From Raillietiella orientalis (taxonomy: Eukaryota), in the NCBI GenBank assembly GCA_036172245.1, contig JAYWIR010000043.1, positions 992,001 through 1,056,000 of the forward strand: a DNA stretch of 64,000 bases, given 5' to 3'. This document shows, in pieces, positions 23,101 through 34,443 of this stretch. A model generated the notes under the pieces. The model was not told the DNA's origin. It saw only the letters and a list, made by a program, of their open reading frames with translations, and did not search any database. Position numbers and translations under genes: made by a program. Position 1 is the first letter of the stretch. Each line of letters starts with the position of its first letter.

Positions 23101-26100
23101 GCGGCGTTTCTGTGAGTCACATGGCTCCCCCTCCAGCTGCGCTTCCTCCTTCGATTTGCTCCTCGAGGACGAATCCAGTAGCGGGGTGCATGCGAGTGGG
23201 TCGGTGGGGGTGCGCATGGGGAGTGGGACCGCTGTTGACCCCTTTCTTGGCACCTCCTGCTCGCCTTATTGCGAGGAAAGGCTGGACCTCCGCTCGTGGT
23301 CTGCGAACTCCCCGAGCTGGCCGGTGAAGGCGTCCACTCTGCAAGGATTGCTGCTGCTGGTGTTCCACGAGAGGCTGCTCCCTCCCTCGCAGCGGCCAGT
23401 CAGCGTCTTCGAGAAGCAGAGGGAGGCACCGACGACGAGGAGGGATCGGGAACAGATCCGGGGGGATCGGCAGGGAGGTAGACTTGGGGATTCCCTTCCA
23501 TCTCTAGGAACCGCTGGCGGGGGCGATCTGCAGGTGATCCAAGACGAGCATCCTCTGCAGAGCGGACCGCCCACGTCAAGATGGGAGAACGGGAGGGGGG
23601 ATAGGGAAGCAGGAGGGGACGGTGGCAGCGCACCTCTTCTTGGTGTCGTCGTACGGCGTCTCCAAGAGGGGGAGGGCGGCTTCCGCAAGGCGCCTTCGGG
23701 CGGAAGGGCAGGGGAGGCTGGAGCAGGAGCGTGCCAAAGGAGCGGGTTCCGGTCGCCATCTGATCTTGCCTCGGATGGAGTCTCATCCTGTTTGCTCAGG
23801 CGGGAACGCGGGGCGCGCAAGAGCCGCACCTACGCCGCCGGCGCTGGAGTCGAGCGACCGGAGCGCGCACGCCGGCCCCTCCCCGCTCCGGAAGCCCGGA
23901 GGGGCGAAGAGAGCGTCGGAGGGAAGACTCCCTGGCGTCCGCGCCGACGAGCCTCCGGGCCCTCCGGCAGGAAGTCTTCGAGCGGAGACTCCTTCCGTCG
24001 GGAGACGACCCTTGGAGGCTCTTGACGAAGAAGGGCTCCGGAGCAGGCGGGCTCGAGCCGGAAGAGGGAGGAGAAGAAGGGGGGCGAGCTGGCCGGAGCC
24101 GCCGCCGTTCGCAGGGTAGCTCTGCCCGCGTGCGCAGCCTCCCTCCCCCTCCCCCGGACGACAGCGGCCCGCGGAGCGCGCAAGCGACCGAACGTCCGGC
24201 AGCACGTCGCGCGCTTTCGCCGACGCTCCCCGACGACGCGCGCGAGGTGACCACTCGCGAAGCCGTTCCTCCCGCCCCCGGGTCAACCGCCTGCAGCCTT
24301 CTCTCGCGTCGTCTCTCCTCCCCCTCTGCCTGCGCCTGCCTGACTCCTCGGCGCGAGGCATTTCCGGGGCGCGGGACGATGACGCAGCAGCAGTCCAGCA
24401 GCAGCCGCCCGCTAGCGGGTGTGGCCTCGGCTGCAGGTTCACACTTGCTGCCGCCCTCCAGAGGGATGAGGAGGAGGAAGAGGAAGGAATAGTGCTGACG
24501 GTTACTAGGGTCTCGATGATGGTGGTTATGATGATCAAACGGCGACAACTGCAATGATGGTGACGATGGCAACGCTGTTGCTGCTGCTGTTGCTGATGAT
24601 GATGACGAAGGGGGGGGAAGAGGAGGATTGAATAGGGCTGATGATGATAAGGGTTTTGACGATGGTGGTGATGATAAAACGGCGACGACGGCAGTGATGG
24701 CGACGAGGAAGAAAAAGGCGTGGACACGGGAGGAAGAGCTCGGTCCTCTGCCTAACCGGCAGGCCATCATCCGCGCTCGCCTTCCTCCGCCTCCCCTCCC
24801 CTTCCGGTGTTCCCGCCGCCCATCGACGCGTCAGCCTCGTTTTTCTCCAGGACGCGCAACAGGGACTCTGACATTCTGCGCACCACGCAGGACGGCCTTA
24901 CCCCTCCCCCCCTCGTTCGGGTGTGCCAGCCTCACGCCCGCGGGTCGACCGGAACTCCCCTCGCGGGGTGTTGCCATCTCTCGAGGGTCTTCCTCGAGTA
25001 GCCACGAAGGGGCGTGTCATGTCATGCCGTCACGAAGATGACCGGAGACGACGGAGGTTCCCAGCCGGGTAGCCGCCGAGGCGAATAGGCGGAGGTCGTG
25101 AAGTGGGGTGACCAGCTGTCAGCAGCGGTCTCGAGCGGCCCTTGAGCGCGCTCATTGAGGAACGAGCGGAAGAGTTCCTTCTGGAGGGGGAGGGGTGGCT
25201 GCGGAAGGAAGCGCCAGACCCTACCTGGGAGCTTCGCGTTCGCCCGTTCCTGCGAATGCAGAGCTTCCTGTCCCTTCCTCCTCTGAGGCCACAGGCGGCC
25301 GAGGCGGTCCGATCGCGAAAGCCGCGCCGTGGGTGGTCTCTCCGACGGGGATTTTGGGAGCGAGGAGGAGGCGGGGAGGATCGCGCTGGAGCTCGAGGGT
25401 CCGATCCGTTCGACCTAGTTTCAGGAGTCTCCGCGGAACTTCCGGCTCTTCCCTGCTTTCAGAGTGCCGGACATCCCGCGCCCTCCCTCGATCTGACCGA
25501 ATGCCTCGAGAGCCTTCAGAGAGGGTGCGAGGAGGTGAGAGGTTTCCTGGAAAGAGGGGACTCCTCGGAAGGTCCTGGGAAAAGTCCGGGAACCCCCTCT
25601 GCGCTTCCTCTCGCCGGAGGGTCTTCGCTCCTGTCACGCGGTAGTCGCGGGGGTGCCCATTCGGACAGGGAGGAGGAGAAAGGGGCCCTCAGGAGCAGCC
25701 CGAGAGGAACGCAGCGTCTGCATCCGGTCCAGAGCCCATCCCCCGGCGAAGGGAGGGAGCGCATTCGCTTCTCATTGCGTTGCTTACAGCGATGGAAAAA
25801 CGGGGATGACGAGGGTGCGAATACGCGTGAAGTGGGTTCTCGCCCTCTTCGAGGCTGGTCCCTCCGACTGGTCCTCTCGTCGGGGCGGCTGATTCCTGAG
25901 GTTCCTGTCACTGCGCGCTCTGACCCCTTTTCCGTGAGTTTCGGGAATGCGTTGTTTGGGGCACCCCAAATTCCCCCCTCCCCCGTAGTGGGCTGCCTGC
26001 CTCTCTTTGGTGTTCCCGGTCCTTTCGCTGCTTCTCTGGACCCCGAGACCCCACGAATGCTGGGGCGAATGTTCCTATTGAAGGAAAAAAGTCCTGTACT

Positions 26101-27712
26101 ACACCCGCTCCCCTTCCGTCCCGCCTCCTCTGGCAGCGTTGACGCGTGCTCGGGAAGGGGAAGGGGCAAGCAACGTTCAGTATGGTGAGCCCTGAGGCAC
26201 CCAGGCGTGGCTTCGGCTTCGAAGTCATCCAGGATGATCGGTGCCATCGATCTCAGAGCTCCAGGCTCCTAGACTAGTTCGCCGCCTTCCACCGGTCAGG
26301 GTTTTTCTGTTGGTGCGGCGGCGGTCGTGAAAGGGAGAGATGCGTCTCAGGGATCGTTGGCCACGAGACGCGCCTCTTGCACGTGGGAGCGGCTCCGTCC
26401 CTGGTGGCGCCCGTCGCAGGCAGCCCGTCGGTCCGCGCAGCGTGGATAAATCCGCGGTCTGTAATCCCTCACCGTTGAACGGAAAGATCCTGGCACGAGC
26501 TGCCCCCCGACACAGGACGTGGGCATCTGATCTGGGATCTTCGTGACGAGGGACGACCGTGTGACAGCCTTTGCGTTGGCTCGCGCGCAGGCTGGAGGTC
26601 ACTTTCGCTCTCAGGTGCGCATCCGAAATGGAGCCTCCAGAAGGAAATTTCTGGTACCTTTTTTTTTCCCCCTTCTTCAATCTAACATCCTCTTCGCTTT
26701 TGGCATCCAGCTATCCAGCAGAGACCTCAGGGGCATCACTTTGCTGGTGGCACAGGGCAGGAAACCCCCCAAATCTCCACCTGTCGGCAGTGCCCTGCGG
26801 TCGCTTCTTCCTCGCCATCGATCCGAGATGGTCCAACTGCGCCTGAGTCTCGCTCGCTCCCGTACGCAGATCGGCACGGGTGCTGTTTCCAGGAGGCGTG
26901 GTCGGGTAGAAGCCCACGCCACAGCTCGCCTCGCTTGCACGTGGCGTGGGCGGGCGGAACTTGGGTTCTCCAGACTCTTTTGCTCCGCGATCGGGCGTTG
27001 CCATCAGCGGTATCGGAATTTGGTACAGGCACTGCCAGCCGAATCCCTTTTCCGGGAAGTCCCTAAAGAACTAAGGTCCTAAAGAACCATAGCGAACGAT
27101 ACGAAATAACCCGCGAGTTATTTTTAGCTCGTCTTCAACTCGTTCCCGAGAGGCACGGAAGGCTGCGGAGCGGCCGTGCGCGTTGTGTGTGTGTGTGTGT
27201 GTGTTGGGGGGGGGGGGACGAGAACTCCGTGTGTTTGCTGGACCTGCACCTGCTGGATACTGCGACCGGCACGTGTCATGGTCGGCGTCTCCTCTCCGCT
27301 TTTCCGTTGTCCCCCTCCCCTCCCCGCTTTCCCCCCACGGCTTCCAGCAGCTGCCACCCGTCTGCTATCGACTAGGGCCCTCGGGAATTGCACGGACTGA
27401 CTTCTGTCGATTTCCCAGGAAGTCTTTTTTAACGGAGTCGCAGCCCTGCTGTATGCCGCGTCATCCTGCTTCCTGGCGGTGTACGTCAACCTTCTCCTGT
27501 GGCCTCTGTATCTCATCACGCCGTATTTCCAAGTTTACCCGGCCTTGACGGCGACCTACGTGAGTCAGCTCTCCCCTTCTGCCTCGACGAATCTCGTGCG
27601 TGCCCTTCGGGCGCCGAACTTGCCTTTCCCGTGTTCGCCGCCTCAGTGCCTGGGATTCCTGTTGTCCGTGGTGCACGCTTACGACAGCTACAGCGCTTAC
27701 GAAGAGCAATGA
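17159..27712 (+). CDS. sing: Singles bar-like MARVEL membrane protein (exons 17159-17344, 19348-19530, 27419-27559, 27647-27712; 191 aa)
   Basis: Four phase-0 GT-AG exons give ...CSCCCLSCCSGVNLDFLKTRVGICKLLEI / VFSGVCHSL...LLFCYAVSHRTLRSVRSSIF / EVFFNGVAALLYAASS...VYPALTATY / CLGFLLSVVHAYDSYSAYEEQ*. Four hydrophobic segments and the Cys-rich leader resemble singles bar. Confidence 0.9.
18850..19250 (+). mobile_element. Decayed non-LTR reverse transcriptase fragment in sing intron 1
   Basis: MGFIPRGLPC (Q-GF-like) followed by SIDPSKTS (LD-x-x-KAF-like); heavily mutated. Confidence 0.3.
20380..21070 (-). mobile_element. Decayed L1/Tx1-like APE endonuclease in sing intron 2
   Basis: Ordered degenerate motifs LRLASLDGRN (S-L-N-V-R-G), RGV, GRLLIV, IGNY (GDFN-like), LHIWR (L-D-I-W-R). 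Confidence 0.4.
22700..23400 (-). mobile_element. Decayed APE endonuclease (CR1/Jockey-like)
   Basis: LSWNTSS, QE, GGGAM (GGGV-like) and ALDRLL motifs in order across frameshifts. Confidence 0.3.
24515..24705. repeat. Degenerate GAT/GAC/GCT trinucleotide low-complexity tract
   Basis: Runs such as GATGATGGTGGTTATGATGAT and GCTGCTGCTGTTGCTGATGATGATGAC. A similar tract lies at about 49075-49160. Confidence 0.75.
25250..25750 (+). mobile_element. Decayed non-LTR reverse transcriptase core
   Basis: GEDRAGARGSDPFDLV (G-x-x-QG-x-x-LSP-x-LF-like) and LESLQRGCEEVRGFLERG...PGKS (post-ADD helix); the catalytic motif is not intact. Confidence 0.3.
25980..26600 (-). mobile_element. Decayed C-terminus of an R2/NeSL/Utopia-type (restriction-like endonuclease) retrotransposon
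   Basis: ARARIFPFNG (ARLN-x-x-PLNG), degenerate CCHC (CLRR...EPLP), FHD (RHD-like), TILNVACPF (DV-x-x-PF) and FVGSRG (VG-x-LG), in the correct order. Confidence 0.55.
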
Positions 27713-30269
27713 GGCCGGTTCGTGTTGCGTGAAGTGGTCCAGGGTCTTTTTCGGCGAAAACTGCGATCCAGGCGTCTCTGCGGCTGTGGACCGATGAACG
27801 GATGAGGGAGGAATCAGCACGTGTTTCCCCACGCGCCTCCCGCATCCAGAGAATGCGGGCGGATGCGTCCCGGGAGCACGGCGTAGCAACGGCCGTGCTG
27901 CTACCAAACATGCAACACGATCTTCTGCTTTGTCTTGGATTTTTGCTTCTATCAGAAAAGGGACGTTTCTGGAAGGATCAGATCTTCCAGCGGCGCAGCA
28001 CACACTTCCGCTGCCAAAGTGTGTGTTGCCGTCGTGAAAGGGAGGGAAGGGAGGAGGGAGCAAGAAGTCATCAACGCCAATGCCATCAAGTGACCTACGC
28101 ATCTCGTTCCGACGGTCACACAGACGGACGTTTAAAATGAACGAGTCGCGCGCGCGCCGCCACGTTGTCGTCTGGTGCCAGGGGAAGGGCGGTTGCATCG
28201 CCAGTCCCGCCCGGCGGGCGCGCGCCTGCGTTCCACGACGCCGGCCGGCTTACCGCGTCGCACATCTCCAGGCCCGGCCGACGTCTTCGTGCCTTCATCC
28301 GGAGCTGCCGCGCTCTGGAGCTGCACGGCCCGGCGAGGACACCGGAAGCAGCCGGAGTGCGGCCGGTCGGCGTGCTCTCGTGGCCGCAGTCCACGAGGCT
28401 CCGCCCTCCCTGCTGCTGCCGCTGCTTCACTTCGCGCGAGGCCAGCGCGGGCGCCGAGGGAGGTCGCCTTCCGTGGTGGGGTCCGCTGCCGGGGACATCT
28501 GAGCTCAGGCGCGGCACTTTCCCTACCCCGCGTTGGTCCAAGAAGGATGCCAGTTCGGCAGCTTGCTTCGGAGACATTCTCTCCTTCTCACGGAGATGAA
28601 GGAGCCTCCGGCCTTCAAGGCGGCTGTCTCTCCATCCTAGTGAAGAACCAGGGAGCGGTTCAGCTGGATGTGCTTCCGCGGAGACGGCCGTTGCCCTCCA
28701 AGGAAAGGCGCCGAGAAGGAAGCATCAGATGCACGAGTTCCATGCAGAGATGCAGAAAGGCAGACATCCATCTCCCTCCTCTTCCCAGCTACTGACTTCT
28801 TCCTCCGTTGTCGTTCTCGGGCTGCAGCAGCCTGCGCAGGTTTCACCACTGGTGATCTCTTAGGAGGAGCTGCTGTGCGCCACACCATCGCCCCTCGGGT
28901 GGATCACATTCGCATCCTCTAGCTCCCCAGCCATGCTCGCCCTTTTCTCGGGCTGTCCGAATGCTGGGGTGGGAATCCATGGAAACCATGGATTTGCGCC
29001 GCCTGAAGTGCATTCATCCTGGTTGGCTGCAGCCGACTAGGCCAACCTTCAGTCCGAGGAGGTCGTATCTCATCGCTGGACCAACGCAGCTGCTGCAGTG
29101 GCGCCCGTGAGTGGTGGTTCGAAGAGCTCCTTCGCCGAGGATGGCTGACCTCGCGGCCTCGAGCTGCGTAAGCGTAAGCGGAGGCTGCCCACGCGACGAC
29201 TCCCTGCCAGCGGGAGTCGTGCGGTGGTGATCTTGGCGCGCGCTCCACCTGCCACCTTCACACCACACCTCACTTCCCGGAATGCTTCCTCGCTTCCGCG
29301 CTCTCCCCTGTAACCCACCCCTTCAGGGGACCGCGTTTGGCGTGTGGTCCAGCGCCGACCTCGGCGACTCCCTCTTGGATCCCGGTTCTTTGGACTCCCT
29401 CTTCTCCCCCCTCCCCGCTTCCCACTCCCGACGCCCTCTGTCACGTGCCCCACTGCCGGATCCGCTCCCGGGCATTCCTCGGGCACAAGCTGCACCCCTC
29501 TCCCGCGCTCGCTCTTCCTCCCTGTCTCTCCCTCCCGCGCGCATCTGCCCCCTCTCGTTCGAGCAGCGCTTTCCTGCCCGGTCCGGGAAACCCTTCCAGA
29601 GAGATGCGCCCTTGAACTCCGGGACAGACTGCTCGCGCGCCCTTCCTCTCCCTCGCGACCTCGTACGTGTGGACTCGCCTGCTCTTAGCGCGCCCACGCT
29701 CCTGCGTGGGCGCGCGCGCGCGCGCGCTGGTCCACTGAAAAGGCTGGAGGTCACTTTCTCTCGTCCGGTAGAGTCGGAATCCGGTCGACTGTTCCACTCC
29801 CTAGTCGCTCTTTGAGCGCCTCCTCTCTGGGTCGTGAGGAAAGGAGGAAAGGGAGGGGAGTGATGCCCCGAGGCAGGAGCGAGCCGAGAAAGCAGCACCC
29901 TTCGGGATCCCCCCAGACAGAGCCAATGTCGTGCCTCTGCCCCTGCCCACTCAGGGCCCGGGTCGTGCAATTGTAAGGTTTCTTGTCGCGTCGTGCCCTC
30001 TGGCGACGTTCTTCAGTTCCGTGGAGGAAACGGCAGCATCCTGACATCGAAGAGGGACAGATCAAGATGTCCCCCTCCCCTCTCTCCCTCTTTCCACAGG
30101 AAGGGGTTGTCTTGGTCGGCGCGTCAGAGATCGTTTAGGTCCTGGGCTGATCCTGCGTCTTCGGCGTCCACCAAAGGACTGACGCTCGAGCTCTGACGCA
30201 GCTGCCTCGCCGCAAGGCATCGTTCCATACTCGGACTCAGTCCGTCAGTGCCAGCGAAAGGAGGAGGGG

Positions 30270-30462
30270 GAGGAAAGGGGGAAGGGGAGGAGGAGGAAGG
30301 GCAGGATATGGGTTCTCAAGAAGTGAGCTCAGAGTCTCGTCCCTTCTTCCCTACCTCTTCAAAAGATGGGAAGGAGCTCGACCTGCGAACACTCCACCGA
30401 AGAACCTCAGTTCCCGCTCCAATCCAGGGGTAGAGGGGTGTCTTGGGCGGCGCTCCCAAGCC
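30270..30462 (+). repeat. 193-bp direct repeat, copy 1
   Basis: Collinear and highly similar to 31965-32157 (GAGGAAAGGGGG...CGCTCCCAAGCC). Confidence 0.95.
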
Positions 30463-31964
30463 GTAGCCATTCTCAACGCGGTCGCGCGACGATGCGTGCA
30501 CCCGAGGCACCCACCCCTGCCTGCATCCACGTCCATCAGCCCGACACTTCAATCTTCCCTTCCCGAATCCTGCTTCTCTCGCGGGTCCGAGGGAAAGGGA
30601 AGGGAGCTGGAGGGAGAGCAAAATCCAGGCGGAGAACAGCGTTTGCCCTCGCCGTGTCAAATGTGGATGCCCAGGAAAAAGGAAGAGGACAAACGCGTTC
30701 CTCCACGAAGAGGGGTTTTATTCTTCAGGATCTGCCATTTTCTTGCGGAGGAAGGCTGCCCGCCCAAGACTTGAAGTCTTTTGAGCGGGGACTCTTCGGT
30801 TTCACCGCTACATCTGGGAGCGTAGGATACCCCTCCTCCCACTTCTTGCTGTTTGGCAGGAGACTGACTCGGTCCATTCCTTGTCACTGAGTTCGCATGG
30901 ACCTACCATTTTGTTTCGGACTCTGCACGACCAAGATGTGACCCCCTATTCGTGGCTGTGTTTTCCTGCTTTTTCTGGCTCTGGCTCTCCTTTTCGGGGT
31001 CAAGAAGATTCTAAGGGCAGTCGGAGGGACAATGAAGAGAGCAACCGTTTTTCTATTCTGTCCTCACTCACCTCATTGGCGGCATCATCATCAACTTGTG
31101 GGCGTCTCCAGGTTGTCTCGGGCAAGAGCCGGGCATCCGCCCGACGTGAGGTCGAGACGGATGGTGTGGTCACATTATAGGTGTTTGCAAGATCCGCATC
31201 TTGGTTTGCTCGTGACTCATCCACCCTCGATCCAGCAGACTCCTTTAGGTTGTTAATTGCCTCTCCTGATGGCTCTCGGGTATTTTTTCTCTCTTCCTCT
31301 TTAATCTGCAGTGGTTTAAAAACAGTTCTGCCACTGGGTTTCGTTCGCCATCTCGTCAATCTTTGCAAATAACAGTCTTTTAGGTTCCCGAAACGGAAGA
31401 AGGAAATCAGGAGTGGGAATTCGCTCGTCTTCGATTCGACTTCTCACCAGAATTTCACGGTCTGCTCTTATCCCTTACATGCAAGCGCGCATGGTGTAAT
31501 TCTTGGCTCTGTACCCATACTTCCCTCTCACAGACACACCGGAGAGTCCGGTCATCATGAAACCATTAGGCGATTGCTAATGGCAGCAACTGTTATTGAA
31601 ACCAACACAATTATAATAATTAATTTTTTTGACTTTCGCTTCCCTCTTGTTTATTCTTTGTTTTGTTTTTTTGTTTTTTTTTTCCTTGAGCATAAATGAT
31701 CACGCGTTTATTCTGAAGCAGGCATTTGAAAAACGGATTCACTTTCGGAGCATCCCATATCATTGGAAAACACTCGCGGGAACACCATCGATCAAGAATC
31801 ACAATTTCAGATCATTTGTTCCCTTCATTCGGAACGTCTTGTTTGGCTCCGGTCAGAAAGGCATCATCAACTCACTGGAGAGATGGAACTCAACACTGTG
31901 TGATGAAGGATATGAAGCAAACGTTGGCTTTACGTGTGGTCTCCGGTAACGGTCCCGGCGAAAA

Positions 31965-32157
31965 GAGGAAAGGGGGAAGGGGAGGAGGAGGAAGGGCAGG
32001 ATATGGGTTCTCAAGAATTGAGCTCAGAGTCTCGTCCCTTCCTCGGTACCTCTTCAAAAGATGGGAAGGAGCTCGACTTGAGAACACTCCACCGAAGAAC
32101 CTCAGTTCCCGCTCCAATCCAGGGGTAGAGGGGTGTCTTGGACGGCGCTCCCAAGCC
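31965..32157 (+). repeat. 193-bp direct repeat, copy 2
   Basis: Collinear with 30270-30462, with scattered substitutions. Confidence 0.95.
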
Positions 32158-32179
32158 CATCCCTGATCAGCACCCACTG

Positions 32180-32553
32180 ATGACAAACGATGACTTGTAT
32201 AGCTACTCGTTCATATGTAGTACTTGTCGTTTACGGCTTGGTGACAGTTGGGAACCCATGCGTCGGGCTGCTCCCGAGTTCTTGCTTCCTGTGATCAGCA
32301 GGTATGCAGCATTCTCGCAAACACGAAATACAATGATTTTCGAAGACTCAGAATCCCTCAAAGGCTCAATCCCTTCTTCAAAGGGGAGATTCGCTCTTCT
32401 TTTGCCTGTAACCGAGTAATCGGAAGGCTTTTGTTTTTTTTGACTGGACCATCCAAGCTTGAATCGCCATTTGTTTCCTTTTTCCGTTTTTGTGTTGGGC
32501 TTTTAAGTTTCATTCAGAATTTTTGGCTTCGATGGGTGATAAGAACCAGTTAA
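32180..32553 (+). CDS. Possible small Yippee/Mis18-like zinc-binding protein (exons 32180-32301 and 32346-32553)
   Basis: FICSTCRLRLGDS resembles the Mis18 F-x-C-x-x-C-x-x-x-LGDS motif. A 44-nt GT-AG intron keeps the frame. The second motif reads SFACNRVIG, with one Cys missing. Confidence 0.3.
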
Positions 32554-34443
32554 AATGAAGGTTTGAGAGAAAGAATGTTAATTTCCGTGTAAATATTCCC
32601 TGATGTCTTGTCCCTGAGGATCCATATTCCTCATCTTATTAGGATGTGGGGATGTCCGGCATGAGCGTGAGATCCCATGAAAAATGGTTTTCTCAATTGT
32701 CCGACAGCAGAAGTGTAGAAGACTCTCTCTTTTCCATAGTAAAAACCGAATTAGGACTAAGCATTACAATTTACGAATTGTTTTCATTGGAAAAGCAAAA
32801 ATTGTCTTCATTAAACAGTTTGCTCAGATGAGGACACAAAATGCATGCTGAGAATATAGATAGATACTGTCAAGTAGTATTTAATCGCAATTTATTTTAA
32901 TAAGCAGCCAATGTGTTTTAATGCAAAAGGAAGGATCTGCTCAAACAGGAGAAAACAAATAAATCGGGTATTTTTTTTGGCCCCTATACATTACTTGTAA
33001 TATGTATGGAACTTTGGGTCAAGATCTTTGGATATTTGGCGTCCGCATGCTTCGCGGCAGAATGCCTCCTCCCCAAGGACTTTTTTAGACATTATCTGGA
33101 ATAAGCGAAGTTCACGATTTGAAGCACAGACGAAAGACACTATGAGTGTTGTATGCTCAGCAAAAGGAAACAAGGATAGTACTTAACCACACTTACTGAG
33201 AAACGGACTTCTTCGTACAGGAAACACCACAACACTTACGTGGAACACCGTTCTTGATGGGTATTTTATGATTTTCGGAATTTGATGCATGAATACATAT
33301 TCCCTCCCATGTGGGTTTATTAGCATCCAAGATTGTATACATAAGGCTGAGGATACAGATATCATTTTTACATGTCAGCTTTCGTTTTCCCCGTCTGCAT
33401 TAGAATCCAGTGATCAAGTGAATCAAGAATATATACATAATACAAGAATATATGCATGTCAAGAATCAAGTGCCGATTCTTCATCAGCATCAGTGATGTA
33501 TGGATGAAGATGTTATTTTAAAGGGAGTAGTTTGAATGCATTTTGCGTTCCCAACAGAAGTCCCTGAAGGAATGGGAAAAGTCAGGTTGCAAAGTTTGCA
33601 AAAGTCCATGAAACATGGACTTTTGTTTTGAGCATCTGTGTCTGCAAGATGAAATTCGATTTGCAAGCGAGTGTTTTAGATGGTAGCAGGGGGTAATCTT
33701 CTGAATTGTGGATGACGAAAAAATGCAAGGGACCGCATCTGTCACTGAAGAATTTCTTCAATTCAAATATCTGAATTTGCTTTACGATAGATGAGTTGAA
33801 TGGCAACCGTGGTTCAACTTCGGCTGGCAGATCATTGCATATGCACTGTGTATTTATATTTGCGTCGATGTGTTTTAGCTATTTAGCTCGACCGCTTTAT
33901 TTTTTGGCATTTTTAGGCTTTCCACGATTTTGAAATTCAAGTAGAGCGAAGGCAATGGATCCTTCCAGCGGAAATCAGAATGATGAGCGAAAAATGGCAA
34001 AAATTCCGAGCGTTGTCCGGTTTGGCACGTGCAAGTGGGGGTTTCCAGCAGTCTTCCTTTTTTCTTTTTTTTTTTTCTTTTTTTTTGTGCCCCTGTCCTT
34101 TGCTGGTCGTCGCTGATCTCTTCGACTGCTTCTACCGGTGCGTTGGGAAAAACCGCGGGCACCGTCCGGTTCGCCACTCGGTCGGGAAGCAGGGTTGCAT
34201 CCTCCTGGCACGCATCAGGGGCCGGGGTGGGAACCCACTCCCGGGGGTGTATCTTTTTCCCCACCCACAGGAGGCTGCGCGGTCCACGCGGGTCCTTTTG
34301 GCTGACGAAACGCCTGCCCCGCGACCGTTAGATCCACCGGCGGCAACAATGGAGGTGACCAGCACTCGCGGTCACATGATGGCAATTAATTTCCATTAAT
34401 AGCAGCAGATGGGCGCCCTGCTCAATCCGGCATTCCTTCAATA

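Noticed and set aside
14000..31000. Many long overlapping Arg/Pro/Gly-rich ORFs in all six frames (also 47-64 kb)
   Set aside because: Expected from high GC and few stop codons; no coherent domains other than the sing exons and decayed transposon motifs.
14000..31000. Uni-strand piRNA cluster driven by Hsp90 read-through
   Set aside because: Relics occur on both strands and an intact gene runs through the block; there is no support without small-RNA data.
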